Shown: positions 27,478-36,131 of the stretch, piece by piece
Layout of the letters: the number at the start of each line of letters is the position of its first letter
Position numbering within the stretch: position 1 is the first letter of the stretch
Source: Verrucomicrobiota bacterium
GTDB lineage: Bacteria; Verrucomicrobiota; Verrucomicrobiia; Limisphaerales; UBA8199
Assembly: GCA_035358715.1 (NCBI GenBank)
Contig: DAOPPX010000001.1
Span: 274,412-338,411, forward strand
Direction: 5' to 3'
Length of the DNA stretch: 64,000 bases
Translations under genes and position numbers: made by a program
Notes under the pieces: generated by a model
What the model saw: the letters and a program-made list of their open reading frames with translations, nothing else
Told to the model about the DNA's origin: nothing
The model's database searches: none

Positions 27478-28638
27478 CTACTCCAGAGACTTCAGTGCGG
27501 CGGCGTCTTCCGCCAGGATTTGATCTCGCTGCACCAGATCCTCCAGGCACTTGTTCCATTCGAGGCCTCCGCCGGTTTGAATGAGTTCCCGGATGCGGGC
27601 CGGTGTAATGCCTTGGCCGTCTGGCCGGCTGGAGAGGAGCATCTGGGCGAGGTCCTTGCTGCGGAACAGCGCTTCATAGCAAAGGACACGTTTGGGTTCT
27701 TCCTCGCTGGAACCCTTGGCCGGGATCAGGTTTTGGGCCAGCACGCACAAAAGGTTGTTCGCGAGCATCTGCGCTACCAGGCGTGAATCCGCGCCCGCTT
27801 GGGCCAGGATGCGATCGATTGCCTGATAGGCGCTGGAAGCGTGCATGGTGCCGATGATGAGGTGCCCGGTTTCAGAGGCGCCGACGACCGCGCGCATGGT
27901 CTCCGGTTCGCGGATCTCGCCAATGGCAATCACCTCCGGCTTCATCCGCAGAGCATCCAGCACTCCTTTGGGGTAGCTGGCGCAATCCACTCCCACGCTG
28001 CGCTGCGTCACCATGGAGTAGGCTGACTGGCCGCGGTGCAAGCGCGGGGCAAGGACGAACTCGACCGGATCCTCAAGCGTCACCACGTGATAGGGGTTGG
28101 CATCGATCAGATGCTGGATGATTGCGGCCAGCGTGGTGGACTTGCCGGCCCCGGTCGGCCCGGTGACCAGGATTAACCCCTTGGTCCGCCGCAGGCTCTC
28201 CACCAGTTTGTCGTAGTGCTTCTGCTGGAGGCCGAGTTTGTCGAGGTCCAGCAGGTTCCGGTCGAGCACACGCACGGTCAACTCCGGTCCGGTCAGCGTG
28301 TTGACCAGGATGGCCCGGTAGCGGCACTCGCGCTTGATGCCATCCAGCGCGGAGGAGAGTGTCCCTGAGAAATGATAGGATTCCCTGGCACCCAGCGCGG
28401 CATCGGCTTCTTTGCGCCGCTGGTTGAGCAGGAACTGCAGGATCGCTTCCATCTTGTCCTGGTCGATCAGCGGCGCACCGCTCACTTCGTTAAAGAATCC
28501 TTGCCGGCGGATGAACGGTTTGCGCCCCAGCGCCAGATAGTAATCGTTCACGTCTGAAGTGATCACCAGGTTAAGGATGTCCCGCGCTTGGTCGGCGGCG
28601 CCGTCCACTTGAAGGTTTGCAGGCAGCATGGAGAGCAT
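27478..28638 (-). CDS. second PilT/PilU-family ATPase
   Basis: Walker A LVTGPTGAGKSTT, IAIGEIREPETMRAVVGASETGHLIIGTMHASSAYQAIDRIL. Confidence 0.9.
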   Translation of the reverse strand: MLSMLPANLQVDGAADQARDILNLVITSDVNDYYLALGRKPFIRRQGFFNEVSGAPLIDQDKMEAILQFLLNQRRKEADAALGARESYHFSGTLSSALDGIKRECRYRAILVNTLTGPELTVRVLDRNLLDLDKLGLQQKHYDKLVESLRRTKGLILVTGPTGAGKSTTLAAIIQHLIDANPYHVVTLEDPVEFVLAPRLHRGQSAYSMVTQRSVGVDCASYPKGVLDALRMKPEVIAIGEIREPETMRAVVGASETGHLIIGTMHASSAYQAIDRILAQAGADSRLVAQMLANNLLCVLAQNLIPAKGSSEEEPKRVLCYEALFRSKDLAQMLLSSRPDGQGITPARIRELIQTGGGLEWNKCLEDLVQRDQILAEDAAALKSLE

Positions 28639-28641
28639 CGG

Positions 28642-28878
28642 CTAGGGCTTGCGGGTTGCGGGTTTCCTGGCAGCAGTCGGAGCGGCGGCTTTGGGCTTTT
28701 CCACCAGGATCGGAATGCCCAACACGGTGGTGCGCCCGTCAGCCAGGAACACCGTGACGCGCTTGTGTCCCACCGTCACCAGGTCCATCCCGCGACCTTT
28801 CCCGTCCCAGAGCTTGACCGCCTCGGCATGGCTGAGGACGGAGGCGAATAACAGGGCTAAGCAAATGAGAGTTTTCAT
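28642..28878 (-). CDS. small secreted protein
   Basis: From ATG 28878: MKTLICLALLFASVLSHAEA signal peptide, with a basic Pro/Ala tail. Confidence 0.45.
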   Translation of the reverse strand: MKTLICLALLFASVLSHAEAVKLWDGKGRGMDLVTVGHKRVTVFLADGRTTVLGIPILVEKPKAAAPTAARKPATRKP

Positions 28879-28879
28879 A

Positions 28880-29665
28880 TTAGTGCGGATTCGGTGCTGG
28901 TTGTCCCGGCCCGTTCTGGATGGTTTCAACAAGAAATCTATGAACCTCCTTCACGTGGTATGGCGGCAGCGCCATGACGTTGGTGTGCAGGCACCCCTGG
29001 TGAAAGTTGAGCACCACATAGGTGCCCGGTTCGGTGGGCGTGCAGTAAATCGCCTGGGCCGGCCTTTGAATATAGAGGTCGAACGAAGCCCGCGTCTGAC
29101 CCACCTGCATCCGGGCCGGCCAAGCGAAGCGGTTGGTGAGATTGCGCATTTCAAGAATCACCCGGCCAGTGTCCGCAAAGGGTTTGGGGTTCGAGAAGGC
29201 GGCCATCTGCGCCACCGGGTAGCGCCGGTAGAACTCCTGCCAGAACCTTTCACGGACTTGGAGTTGTGGCGTTTGCCCCGCCGCCAGCGAGGAGGCCAAC
29301 ACGATGCTGTTTATCTCTTCATCGGAGTCCTCAATGAGGATGAACAGGTCGAACCACGGGTTGTAGAGCACATCCTGCTGAACCGGCACCGACCCGGCGA
29401 CCAGGTAAGGCAGAAATACCGGCGAGTAGAGTTCCTGGATGCGGCGCAGAAGCTGTAACCCGTGCGGGGTGAAGGCTTCCTCCGGCGGGTTGTAAAGGCT
29501 CAGAATCTCGTGCCGATATAGTCGTTGCGCCGCCCGGATGTACGCGGCCTTGAGCTGCTGCCGGGTTACGACAGGCTTGGGTGCGGGTGTGAACCAGAGT
29601 ACCAGAACCAGGGTGACGGCCAGGCCGCCGAGCGCCAAAAGGAGGATTTTGCGAGTTCGTTTCAT
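28880..29665 (-). CDS. N-terminally anchored hypothetical protein (261 aa)
   Basis: MKRTRKILLLALGGLAVTLVLVLWF anchor. ATGA overlap with the upstream HExxH gene. Confidence 0.55.
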   Translation of the reverse strand: MKRTRKILLLALGGLAVTLVLVLWFTPAPKPVVTRQQLKAAYIRAAQRLYRHEILSLYNPPEEAFTPHGLQLLRRIQELYSPVFLPYLVAGSVPVQQDVLYNPWFDLFILIEDSDEEINSIVLASSLAAGQTPQLQVRERFWQEFYRRYPVAQMAAFSNPKPFADTGRVILEMRNLTNRFAWPARMQVGQTRASFDLYIQRPAQAIYCTPTEPGTYVVLNFHQGCLHTNVMALPPYHVKEVHRFLVETIQNGPGQPAPNPH

Positions 29666-30429
29666 TCCTCAATCTGGGTTGCTGGGTTGCGGGAAGGGCC
29701 GTCTGAGGCATTCTCCGGCCCTCGAGGGGCGGTCAGACCTCGACGAAAACTCAGGTCATAGCCTGCCCGAACCATGAGGACCCGAAGCTCGGCCGGGCAG
29801 ATCCTTGGGGGCAGGCGGTGGCCGAGGATGATTCTTGCCAGCCTTTTGCCGATCCGCTCGTTTTCCTGCTCACGCTCGAACCGGTCCGGGTTGGGCGGCA
29901 CCAGCGGCCAATTTTCCGCCGAACCGAACTCTTCTCGGATCCGCAGGACTTCTTTCAGGTAATCATTCGAAGCATTCAGACGCGGTCCCTTTTCTGAGAG
30001 GTGGTTCAGGTAGCAAAGGTGCTGGAGCACTTGACTGACCGGCGATTTCAGTTTCAAGGGATCCTTTTCCCACCGCCGCAGAATGGCCAGGCGCGTCTCT
30101 CTGAAGCTTTTTGCCAGCTTCTCGTAGAAGACGCCGAGCAGGCACTCGTTCACCCTCCAGTCCTCGCAGATGTTGTAGAGCAGGAAGTGGTAATCATCTG
30201 TGTGCAGATGGAAGGTGGCAATCGAGTGCATCGCCTCATGCGCCGCCATGAACGGCCAGCAGGGCGGTCCGAAATCCCGGCTCCCTTCGCCAATGTACAG
30301 AATTGACGGCAGGCGCCCCGGTCGCGAGTCCACGCCCCAGGTGTTGAAGCTGGCCAGCGCCTGGACCTCCTTCAAATTGTGCTCGGGAATAATGCCCGCC
30401 AGCCGCAAGATTGCTTCGCCGGTGTTCAT
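29662..30429 (-). CDS. putative zinc metallopeptidase-like protein (DUF2201_N-like HExxH domain)
   Basis: AAHEAMHSIATFHLH..LYNICEDWRVNECL matches the HExxH..H..D..(I/V)N pattern of the peptidase-like domain usually fused to MoxR-associated VWA proteins (recalled from memory). Confidence 0.6.
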   Translation of the reverse strand: MNTGEAILRLAGIIPEHNLKEVQALASFNTWGVDSRPGRLPSILYIGEGSRDFGPPCWPFMAAHEAMHSIATFHLHTDDYHFLLYNICEDWRVNECLLGVFYEKLAKSFRETRLAILRRWEKDPLKLKSPVSQVLQHLCYLNHLSEKGPRLNASNDYLKEVLRIREEFGSAENWPLVPPNPDRFEREQENERIGKRLARIILGHRLPPRICPAELRVLMVRAGYDLSFRRGLTAPRGPENASDGPSRNPATQIEE

Positions 30430-30445
30430 GATTGCGGCCGTCCGG

Positions 30446-31243
30446 TCATTTCGAACTCAGGCGCTTCCAGGCTGCAAACCCGATAATCGCGACGCACACG
30501 ACCACCCAGGTGGCCAAGGACCCCCAGCCTCCCTTCTTTTCCTCCGGCGGGATTTCGGTTGCAACGGCTCCCGCAGCCTTTGCCGTTTCTACGGATTGAC
30601 CTCTGATCGGAGCCGGCGCATCGAGCAGCTTGTAACGCGAGTCTGCGGCAACAAGCTTCACTTTGGCGCCGGCGTTCTGCGGCAAGAGCAGCCGCTTCTT
30701 GGGAGGCTCGGGCGGTTTTGGCGGACTGCCCTCATCTCTTGATGCAATTGCCTTCGCGGCTGGGAGCGGGTTTCTGTTGGGGTAGTTTGCGGGGCCGTAG
30801 CCGATTCCCATTCCGCCGCCGTAAATGCCTTCTGGACCGGGACTCGTCGCGGTTGGATTAAGCGTGTTCGTGGCGGGGCCGCCGGTCGCGGCGGCCTGAT
30901 CGTACGTGATCGTGACGTTCTGGGGCGAGACGATCACCAGGTTGACCGGTTGCCCAAACTGCCCGTCGAAGCCGCGGAATTCTGGCTCAGGCAGAACGAT
31001 GCCGCCTGGAAAACTCACCTCCAGCGCTTCCAAAGAAGGCGCTCCTTGCCCCACCAAAGGGACCTGGAACTGCCCGAGCATGCGCTTGGGCACCAGCACA
31101 GAGGTGCTGGGATTCCCAATACGGCTGAGGTAAACGGTGTCGTAGGTTTGATTATCAACGCCGATCCAGCCAGGAGCGGCTCCCCAGGAGAACGGGGCCA
31201 CCATCACGATTGCCGCCAGGCACAGGCGTAGCTTTTGCATCAT
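30446..31243 (-). CDS. secreted protein with C-terminal TM anchor
   Basis: Signal MMQKLRLCLAAIVMVAPFSWGAAP. C-terminal WGSLATWVVVCVAIIGFAAWKRLSSK. Tandem ATGATG start at 31243/31240. Confidence 0.6.
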   Translation of the reverse strand: MMQKLRLCLAAIVMVAPFSWGAAPGWIGVDNQTYDTVYLSRIGNPSTSVLVPKRMLGQFQVPLVGQGAPSLEALEVSFPGGIVLPEPEFRGFDGQFGQPVNLVIVSPQNVTITYDQAAATGGPATNTLNPTATSPGPEGIYGGGMGIGYGPANYPNRNPLPAAKAIASRDEGSPPKPPEPPKKRLLLPQNAGAKVKLVAADSRYKLLDAPAPIRGQSVETAKAAGAVATEIPPEEKKGGWGSLATWVVVCVAIIGFAAWKRLSSK

Positions 31244-31244
31244 T

Positions 31245-31254
31245 CCATTGTAGG
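31245..31254 (-). promoter_or_regulatory. -10-like motif copy CCTACAATGG
   Basis: Minus strand reads CCTACAATGG-A-ATGATG. TACAAT lies 3 and 6 nt from the two ATGs. Confidence 0.5.
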
Positions 31255-31332
31255 TTCGCGAACGCCCTTACTGCGCCGGCGGTGACGTTTATCCGAATGT
31301 GCTCCTGTTGAAGCTTGTCGCAGCGGCCCGGT

Positions 31333-31342
31333 CCTAAAATGG
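31333..31342 (+). promoter_or_regulatory. -10-like motif copy CCTAAAATGG (plus strand)
   Basis: TAAAAT-GGAAGGT-ATG(31348). Divergent from the copy at 31245-31254. Confidence 0.5.
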
Positions 31343-31347
31343 AAGGT

Positions 31348-31854
31348 ATGGGAATTCAGTGCTATCGAAGACGCCTTTGCCCGGGCTTCACGTTGATCGA
31401 GGTGGTTTCGGTCCTGGCGGTCGTCTTGATTCTGGTCGGCATCATCACGGTTCGTCTGGGTGATTTGCGCTCGTCGGCTCTCTCCGCCTCGGCACGCGCT
31501 TTGGAGAAAGCCTTTGCCCAGGGCGTCGAGACCCTGGTCGCTAACGGAGTCGACCTTGGCCCGATCCAAAGCGCGGCTGGGGCCGGCTCGCTGGTTTCGC
31601 AGACCGGCTCGGATCCGAGTTACATGTCTTTGCAGTCCGCCGTTTACCGTCTCTCCAGCCCCGAAGCGTCCAATCCAACGCTGGTTTCAAGCGCGCTGAC
31701 CGAGCTCAATGCGTTGCTTTCTGCTGCGGGGTTCGGCGTGGTGAAGGGCAATGTCAGCCCCGAGCTATTGGCCCTTTTCAACGCGGACCTGGTGGTGGTT
31801 CGGGATTCGGGTCATGCCGTTCGCGGCGTGTACCTACGGTTCTCAAACTCATGA
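31348..31854 (+). CDS. type IV pilin-like protein
   Basis: MGIQCYRRRLCPG|FTLIEVVSVLAVVLILVGII. The start was chosen 7 nt after the -10-like box. The track ORF starts at a TTG at 31315. Confidence 0.75.
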   Translation: MGIQCYRRRLCPGFTLIEVVSVLAVVLILVGIITVRLGDLRSSALSASARALEKAFAQGVETLVANGVDLGPIQSAAGAGSLVSQTGSDPSYMSLQSAVYRLSSPEASNPTLVSSALTELNALLSAAGFGVVKGNVSPELLALFNADLVVVRDSGHAVRGVYLRFSNS

Positions 31855-32189
31855 AACGACAAAAAGGATTCACGCTAGTCGAGTTGGTTGGGGCGCTGGT
31901 AATCATCAGCATCCTGGTCGGCATCGTTCTGGTCACGACCGGCAACGCGCGGGATCGGGCGTTGCTAGCCCGGATTTCGGCGGACATGGAAACCCTCAAC
32001 TCCGCCAAGGGTCTTTGGGTGCTCGATCACAACGGCGCCCCGTTCCCTTCGGATGAAACCGGGCGCTTTGATGCAATCCACAAGTACTTGGAGGTGGGCC
32101 GCCCTTTCTCCTCGATGGCGGATTTCCAGGCGCCGGGGATTACTTATCTCATCAACGACATTGGGACGGGCGCTTCGCACTGCCCCTGA
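31851..32189 (+). CDS. type IV pilin-like protein
   Basis: MKRQKG|FTLVELVGALVIISILVGIV. ATGA overlap with the previous pilin gene. Confidence 0.85.
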   Translation: MKRQKGFTLVELVGALVIISILVGIVLVTTGNARDRALLARISADMETLNSAKGLWVLDHNGAPFPSDETGRFDAIHKYLEVGRPFSSMADFQAPGITYLINDIGTGASHCP

Positions 32190-32190
32190 T

Positions 32191-32601
32191 ATGCAGCGGA
32201 AAACTGACAAAGGGTTCTCTCTGGTCGAGGTCGTTGCCGTGATGGCGCTCCTGCTGCTCATTGTGGGCCTCAGCCTGTGGGGAATGGGCGGTTCGCGCGA
32301 CCGCCAACTGCGCGGCAAAGTGACTCTGGACCTGGCGCGAATCGATTCTGCGAAGGCCGCCTGGCGGGCGGATCATCCGCAGGCAGTATTCCCGGCTGAT
32401 GAAGCGGCCCGCTTCCAATGCCTTCAGCCTTATCTGCGGGTCGGTCTTCTGGACGTCCCGAGCTTGGCGGCGCTACAGCCCAATACCAACCTGGCCGGCC
32501 TAGTCATTTACGCTATAAACGCCGAGACAGTTCCCGCTGGCGCCCAGAATCTCTCCACCGCGCAGCAGTGGGATCGGTCCGTTGAGGAGTGGAATCCTTG
32601 A
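32191..32601 (+). CDS. type IV pilin-like protein
   Basis: Internal ATG at 32191: MQRKTDKG|FSLVEVVAVMALLLLIVGL. It starts 2 nt after the previous stop. Confidence 0.8.
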   Translation: MQRKTDKGFSLVEVVAVMALLLLIVGLSLWGMGGSRDRQLRGKVTLDLARIDSAKAAWRADHPQAVFPADEAARFQCLQPYLRVGLLDVPSLAALQPNTNLAGLVIYAINAETVPAGAQNLSTAQQWDRSVEEWNP

Positions 32602-32623
32602 GGGTGCCTGGCACCCTGGAATC

Positions 32624-33253
32624 TCACGCCAGATTTCTCAGGAAATTCCTGCGATGCACCCCGGGGATTGGGCCGAATTTGCGTATGGCCTCGATATGAA
32701 GTTGAGTGCCGTAGCCGACGTGCTCGTTGAAACCGTATTGGGGGAACTGCTCGTGCAATTCATGCATCTGCCGGTCCCGCCGCACCTTCGCAAAAACGGA
32801 GGCGGTGGCGACCGTGATGCTGCGCTTGTCGGCTCTCGGAACGCAAAGCCCGGGAAACGGAAACGTCTGGTCGGCGATGCTTCCGTCAAGGATAACGCGG
32901 TCAAACTGCGGAAGCTTCTGCAGCGCATCCTTGAAGAGCCTCAGGTTCAGTTCGTTCAGATTGCTTGATTCCACCTCACAGGCCGAAGCTTCGGCGTAGG
33001 CAACGTGCAGCAGCCCCTTGTTTGCGAATTCAGCCGTTAGCACCTCCACCAATCGTTCCCGCTCCACGCCGGTCAGAGCCTTGCTGTCGCGGATTTCGAA
33101 AGGCATCTCCACGTTCGGGGCATACTCGCAGGCCGCCACGACCAGGCTGAAGGCGAAGGCGCCCCGCCCGACTTCGTCGCAGCCGGCGATGATCAGCCCC
33201 TCCTTCCTTCCCAGATAATCTTCGAGGCTCCAATCCGCCTTTTGGCCCTTCAT
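32624..33253 (-). CDS. rnhB: ribonuclease HII
   Basis: IIAGCDEVGRGAFAFSLVVAAC, IRDSKALT, ADKRSITVATASVFAKV. I prefer the ATG at 33253 (MKGQKADW) because the track start at 33292 lies inside the promoter-like motif. Confidence 0.85.
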   Translation of the reverse strand: MKGQKADWSLEDYLGRKEGLIIAGCDEVGRGAFAFSLVVAACEYAPNVEMPFEIRDSKALTGVERERLVEVLTAEFANKGLLHVAYAEASACEVESSNLNELNLRLFKDALQKLPQFDRVILDGSIADQTFPFPGLCVPRADKRSITVATASVFAKVRRDRQMHELHEQFPQYGFNEHVGYGTQLHIEAIRKFGPIPGVHRRNFLRNLA

Positions 33254-33288
33254 GCAGATTGGGTTTGGCCGGCAATTCGATGCATACC

Positions 33289-33298
33289 CCATTGTAGG
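33289..33298 (-). promoter_or_regulatory. -10-like motif copy CCTACAATGG
   Basis: Sense orientation, 37 nt upstream of the preferred rnhB ATG. Confidence 0.45.
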
Positions 33299-33317
33299 GC
33301 GCGGCCTTTGAGGAGCT

Positions 33318-33340
33318 TCCGAGGGCAGAAGCCCCTCGAG
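33318..33340 (-). terminator. GC-rich hairpin between the 185-aa gene and the rnhB promoter (no U-tract)
   Basis: 8-bp stem TCCGAGGG / CCCTCGAG with a 7-nt loop. It lies downstream of the stop at 33396. Confidence 0.3.
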
Positions 33341-33395
33341 GTTTCAAGATCGGAAGGGGATTGTGTGCGATTCGGTCAGGCGGGGTTAGGCGAAG

Positions 33396-33953
33396 TTAGG
33401 CGCGAACCGACACCTCAGGATGTTCGAACTCGAAATGCTCGCTGCAGTCCTTACATACTCCTTTGGGAGACCTGTGGAAAAGGAAAACGATATCTTTCCT
33501 GGGCTTGGCCTGGCAGCAGCCTGGGCAATACACCATGTCTGGCCCCCAGATTGGCATCAGCCACTCCCGAACGTGTGCCAATGGATAGGTTTGCGCTTCT
33601 CCCAGGCGGTGGATGCCATCCTCGACCACCCGCACGATTTCCGGTTGATCATCAAGATAACCGAGCCAGTACGACATCGGCCGAGGCGACCCCACCGTGT
33701 TTCGGCACTGGTCACAAATATCCAGCTTCGCACCGGGTTTCAGCTGCTGCGCAATCCGCTTCAGGCACTGGACGCACTTGAGCATCGTGGCGGTCCAGAC
33801 CGGGCTCAGCCACTCCTGGATGCGGCCCAGCGAATGCTCCCCGTTTTCTCCGGGGAATTGGCACCGGTCGCCGCCGGGTTGGATGCGAAGCACGGTGCAG
33901 CGGTTATCGACGATAACCAACCAGCACGCGCCAGGATGAAACAAGGCTTCCAT
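33396..33953 (-). CDS. hypothetical protein made of two tandem repeats, each ending in a CxxC..CxxC zinc-ribbon-like motif
   Basis: Repeat 1 ..RIQEWLSPVWTATMLKCVQCLK..DICDQCRN. Repeat 2 ..HVREWLMPIWGPDMVYCPGCCQ..GVCKDCSE. Confidence 0.6.
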   Translation of the reverse strand: MEALFHPGACWLVIVDNRCTVLRIQPGGDRCQFPGENGEHSLGRIQEWLSPVWTATMLKCVQCLKRIAQQLKPGAKLDICDQCRNTVGSPRPMSYWLGYLDDQPEIVRVVEDGIHRLGEAQTYPLAHVREWLMPIWGPDMVYCPGCCQAKPRKDIVFLFHRSPKGVCKDCSEHFEFEHPEVSVRA

Positions 33954-34011
33954 GTTCTAAAAACTGCTGCGGGAATTTCCCTGCAACTCAGAACTCATGT
34001 ACTACTTAAGA

Positions 34012-36060
34012 TTATGCAATCGCCATTTCAACCTCAAGCGCATTTGGCGCACCTGCCGCACCCGGCAAGGCTCTCTTGGAGGGCTTATCGCTTGCCCATT
34101 CTGCGTATTGCTCGGGTGTGGGCAGTGGAAAGGCCGGATCGTCCAAGCAGGTTGCCTTGGCTCCCGGCGGCAGGCTTCGGAGGAAGTAGCTGCCGTAGCT
34201 GGCCGTATGCAGTTTGGGGTCGAGGACGACCAGGATTCCCTTCTGTTTCTCCTCCCGGATGAGCCTCCCCCACCACTGCTTCCAACGGCGCACGGTTTCA
34301 GGCAGCGTATCGTCCCGGAACGGATTGACTTTTTTTGCCGCAAGATACTTCTGCCGGGCCTCCCGATAGGGTGTCTGCTGATCAAACGGTATCTTGGTGA
34401 TAATCAGCGCGCGGATGCGGAGGTCGACTCCGGTGCCCATCGCATGATTACCGAGGATGACGGCCCTCGGCTCCCGGTTGTACTTCTCGACCAATGCTTC
34501 TGGACTCGTGTTGCGTTCCTGCACGTGCAGGCGGTAGTCCTCGCGCGCACACCAGTCCTGGAGCAATTGCTGCGTTTCCTGGATCTGCCGGTAATTGGTG
34601 AACAGGGCCATTACGCGACCGTCAGTTATCCTGGCGATGCGCTTTATCTGTTCGGCAAAGGCCGGCGACTCGGCAATAATGCTCCCGCGAGGCGGCAGGA
34701 AGACGCGCATCTGCTTCTTGTAATCAAAGGGAGAGGGGAAATTGGCCGTGCTCCAATCTGGAGCGTTGAAGGTTTTCTTGGTTTCCGGGATGGAAGTGCC
34801 CACCAAAGTGGCGGAAATCAGCGTGCATTGCTGAAAGGTCGCCCAAAGCTTGTCCAGGCTCTCCGCCAAATCAAAAGGCTTAAGTTCCAGGCTAATGGCA
34901 GCCTTTCCGTTTGGGGACGGTGTTCGGTCCAGGAGCATCACGTAATTCGGCAGTTTGTTTCCAAGGTACGAATCAAGGCTCGTTTCCGAGAAACCCAGGC
35001 GGCTTTCAATTTCGCGGTAATCCCCCGCCACCTCGTCTGTTGGCGCTTCTTTTCGCAGCAAGGCTGCCATGCCCTTGATTTCGCGGATGGCGGAGACTAA
35101 TTCGCGGCACACCAAGCCGGCAGGGGTATCAGGTTTGATGATCTCCTGGCCCTCGGATCCGGATTCCAAGCCGCGCCGAACGCGCTGCAGGCGCTGGGCG
35201 GCCAGTTGCAGCCGGGTTTGCAAATGCGGCCGGTCAAAGATGTCGCGTTCAAGCATGTGGACCGCCCCCTCCAGCGTGCGGATCGAGATGTCGGCGCTTT
35301 CCACCTCCGTCAACCGGCTCAGCAACGTGTGGGCTTCGTCCAAGACCAGGATCGGCTTGGGCGCGTCACCATCGGTTTCCGTCGGCACGGGTTTGCCGGT
35401 GTACTTGAGGTTGTAGCCCAAAAGATCGGTGTTTACGACGATGATCCTGGCCTTCTCGGCGGCGCGGCGCGCCTGGCGCCGGTAACAGCCGCAAGCGGAC
35501 TTGCAGCAATTGCCTTCGCCGTTGATTTGGACCCAGGCAGCATCGGAAATCTTCTCCGGCAATTCTTCCCGCCAGCCGTGGGGGAGCTTCTCCAACCGCT
35601 CGAAGTTGTCCAGCAACTGGCGCAGGTCGGCCTGGACCCGGTTGTTGGATTGAGACCGAACGGCAGCGCGTTTGAGCCGGTTCAGGCACAGGTAATTGTT
35701 GGTGCCCTTGAGAACGGCACTCTCTTTGAATTCGGGGAATTGCGTCGAGCATCTCTCCAGATCCCGCTCGATCTGGGCCTGGAGATGTTTCGTGGCGACG
35801 GCGATGACAAATCTCTGTTTGGGATGACTGCGCAGGAACAAGGCGATGGGGATGAGATAGGCCAGGGTCTTGCCGGTTCCCGTCGGTGCCTCGATCAAAA
35901 TCGATTGCCGCTGGTGAATGGCCTTGTTGAAAGTCAGCGCCATTTCGGCCTGGCTCCACCGGGCGCGCCCGCCGAATTCCGTGACGATTCCTCCCCCTGG
36001 CCCGAAGAACCGTTCCAGTTCCGCAGATGTTTTCTGCTCGGCAGGAAGTGTGATTTTCAT
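34012..36060 (-). CDS. dinG: DinG/XPD(Rad3)-family ATP-dependent DNA helicase
   Basis: Walker A IEAPTGTGKTLAYLIP and DEAH box LVLDEAHTL. A Cys cluster CCKSACGCY lies between them (possible FeS domain). A C-terminal helicase lobe is present. I used the ATG at 36060. Confidence 0.85.
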   Translation of the reverse strand: MKITLPAEQKTSAELERFFGPGGGIVTEFGGRARWSQAEMALTFNKAIHQRQSILIEAPTGTGKTLAYLIPIALFLRSHPKQRFVIAVATKHLQAQIERDLERCSTQFPEFKESAVLKGTNNYLCLNRLKRAAVRSQSNNRVQADLRQLLDNFERLEKLPHGWREELPEKISDAAWVQINGEGNCCKSACGCYRRQARRAAEKARIIVVNTDLLGYNLKYTGKPVPTETDGDAPKPILVLDEAHTLLSRLTEVESADISIRTLEGAVHMLERDIFDRPHLQTRLQLAAQRLQRVRRGLESGSEGQEIIKPDTPAGLVCRELVSAIREIKGMAALLRKEAPTDEVAGDYREIESRLGFSETSLDSYLGNKLPNYVMLLDRTPSPNGKAAISLELKPFDLAESLDKLWATFQQCTLISATLVGTSIPETKKTFNAPDWSTANFPSPFDYKKQMRVFLPPRGSIIAESPAFAEQIKRIARITDGRVMALFTNYRQIQETQQLLQDWCAREDYRLHVQERNTSPEALVEKYNREPRAVILGNHAMGTGVDLRIRALIITKIPFDQQTPYREARQKYLAAKKVNPFRDDTLPETVRRWKQWWGRLIREEKQKGILVVLDPKLHTASYGSYFLRSLPPGAKATCLDDPAFPLPTPEQYAEWASDKPSKRALPGAAGAPNALEVEMAIA

Positions 36061-36131
36061 TCGGGGCGGCAACTCGGGGTCGGCAGTCGCGTGAACGCGT
36101 GCTGTTTTGACACAAGCCTGTTTGGCCGGGT

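Noticed and set aside
33254-33292. ATG at 33292 as the RNase HII start.
   Set aside because: That ATG is the ATG embedded in the CCTACAATGG promoter-like box. The ATG at 33253 gives the usual distance of about 20 aa to the DEVGRG motif.
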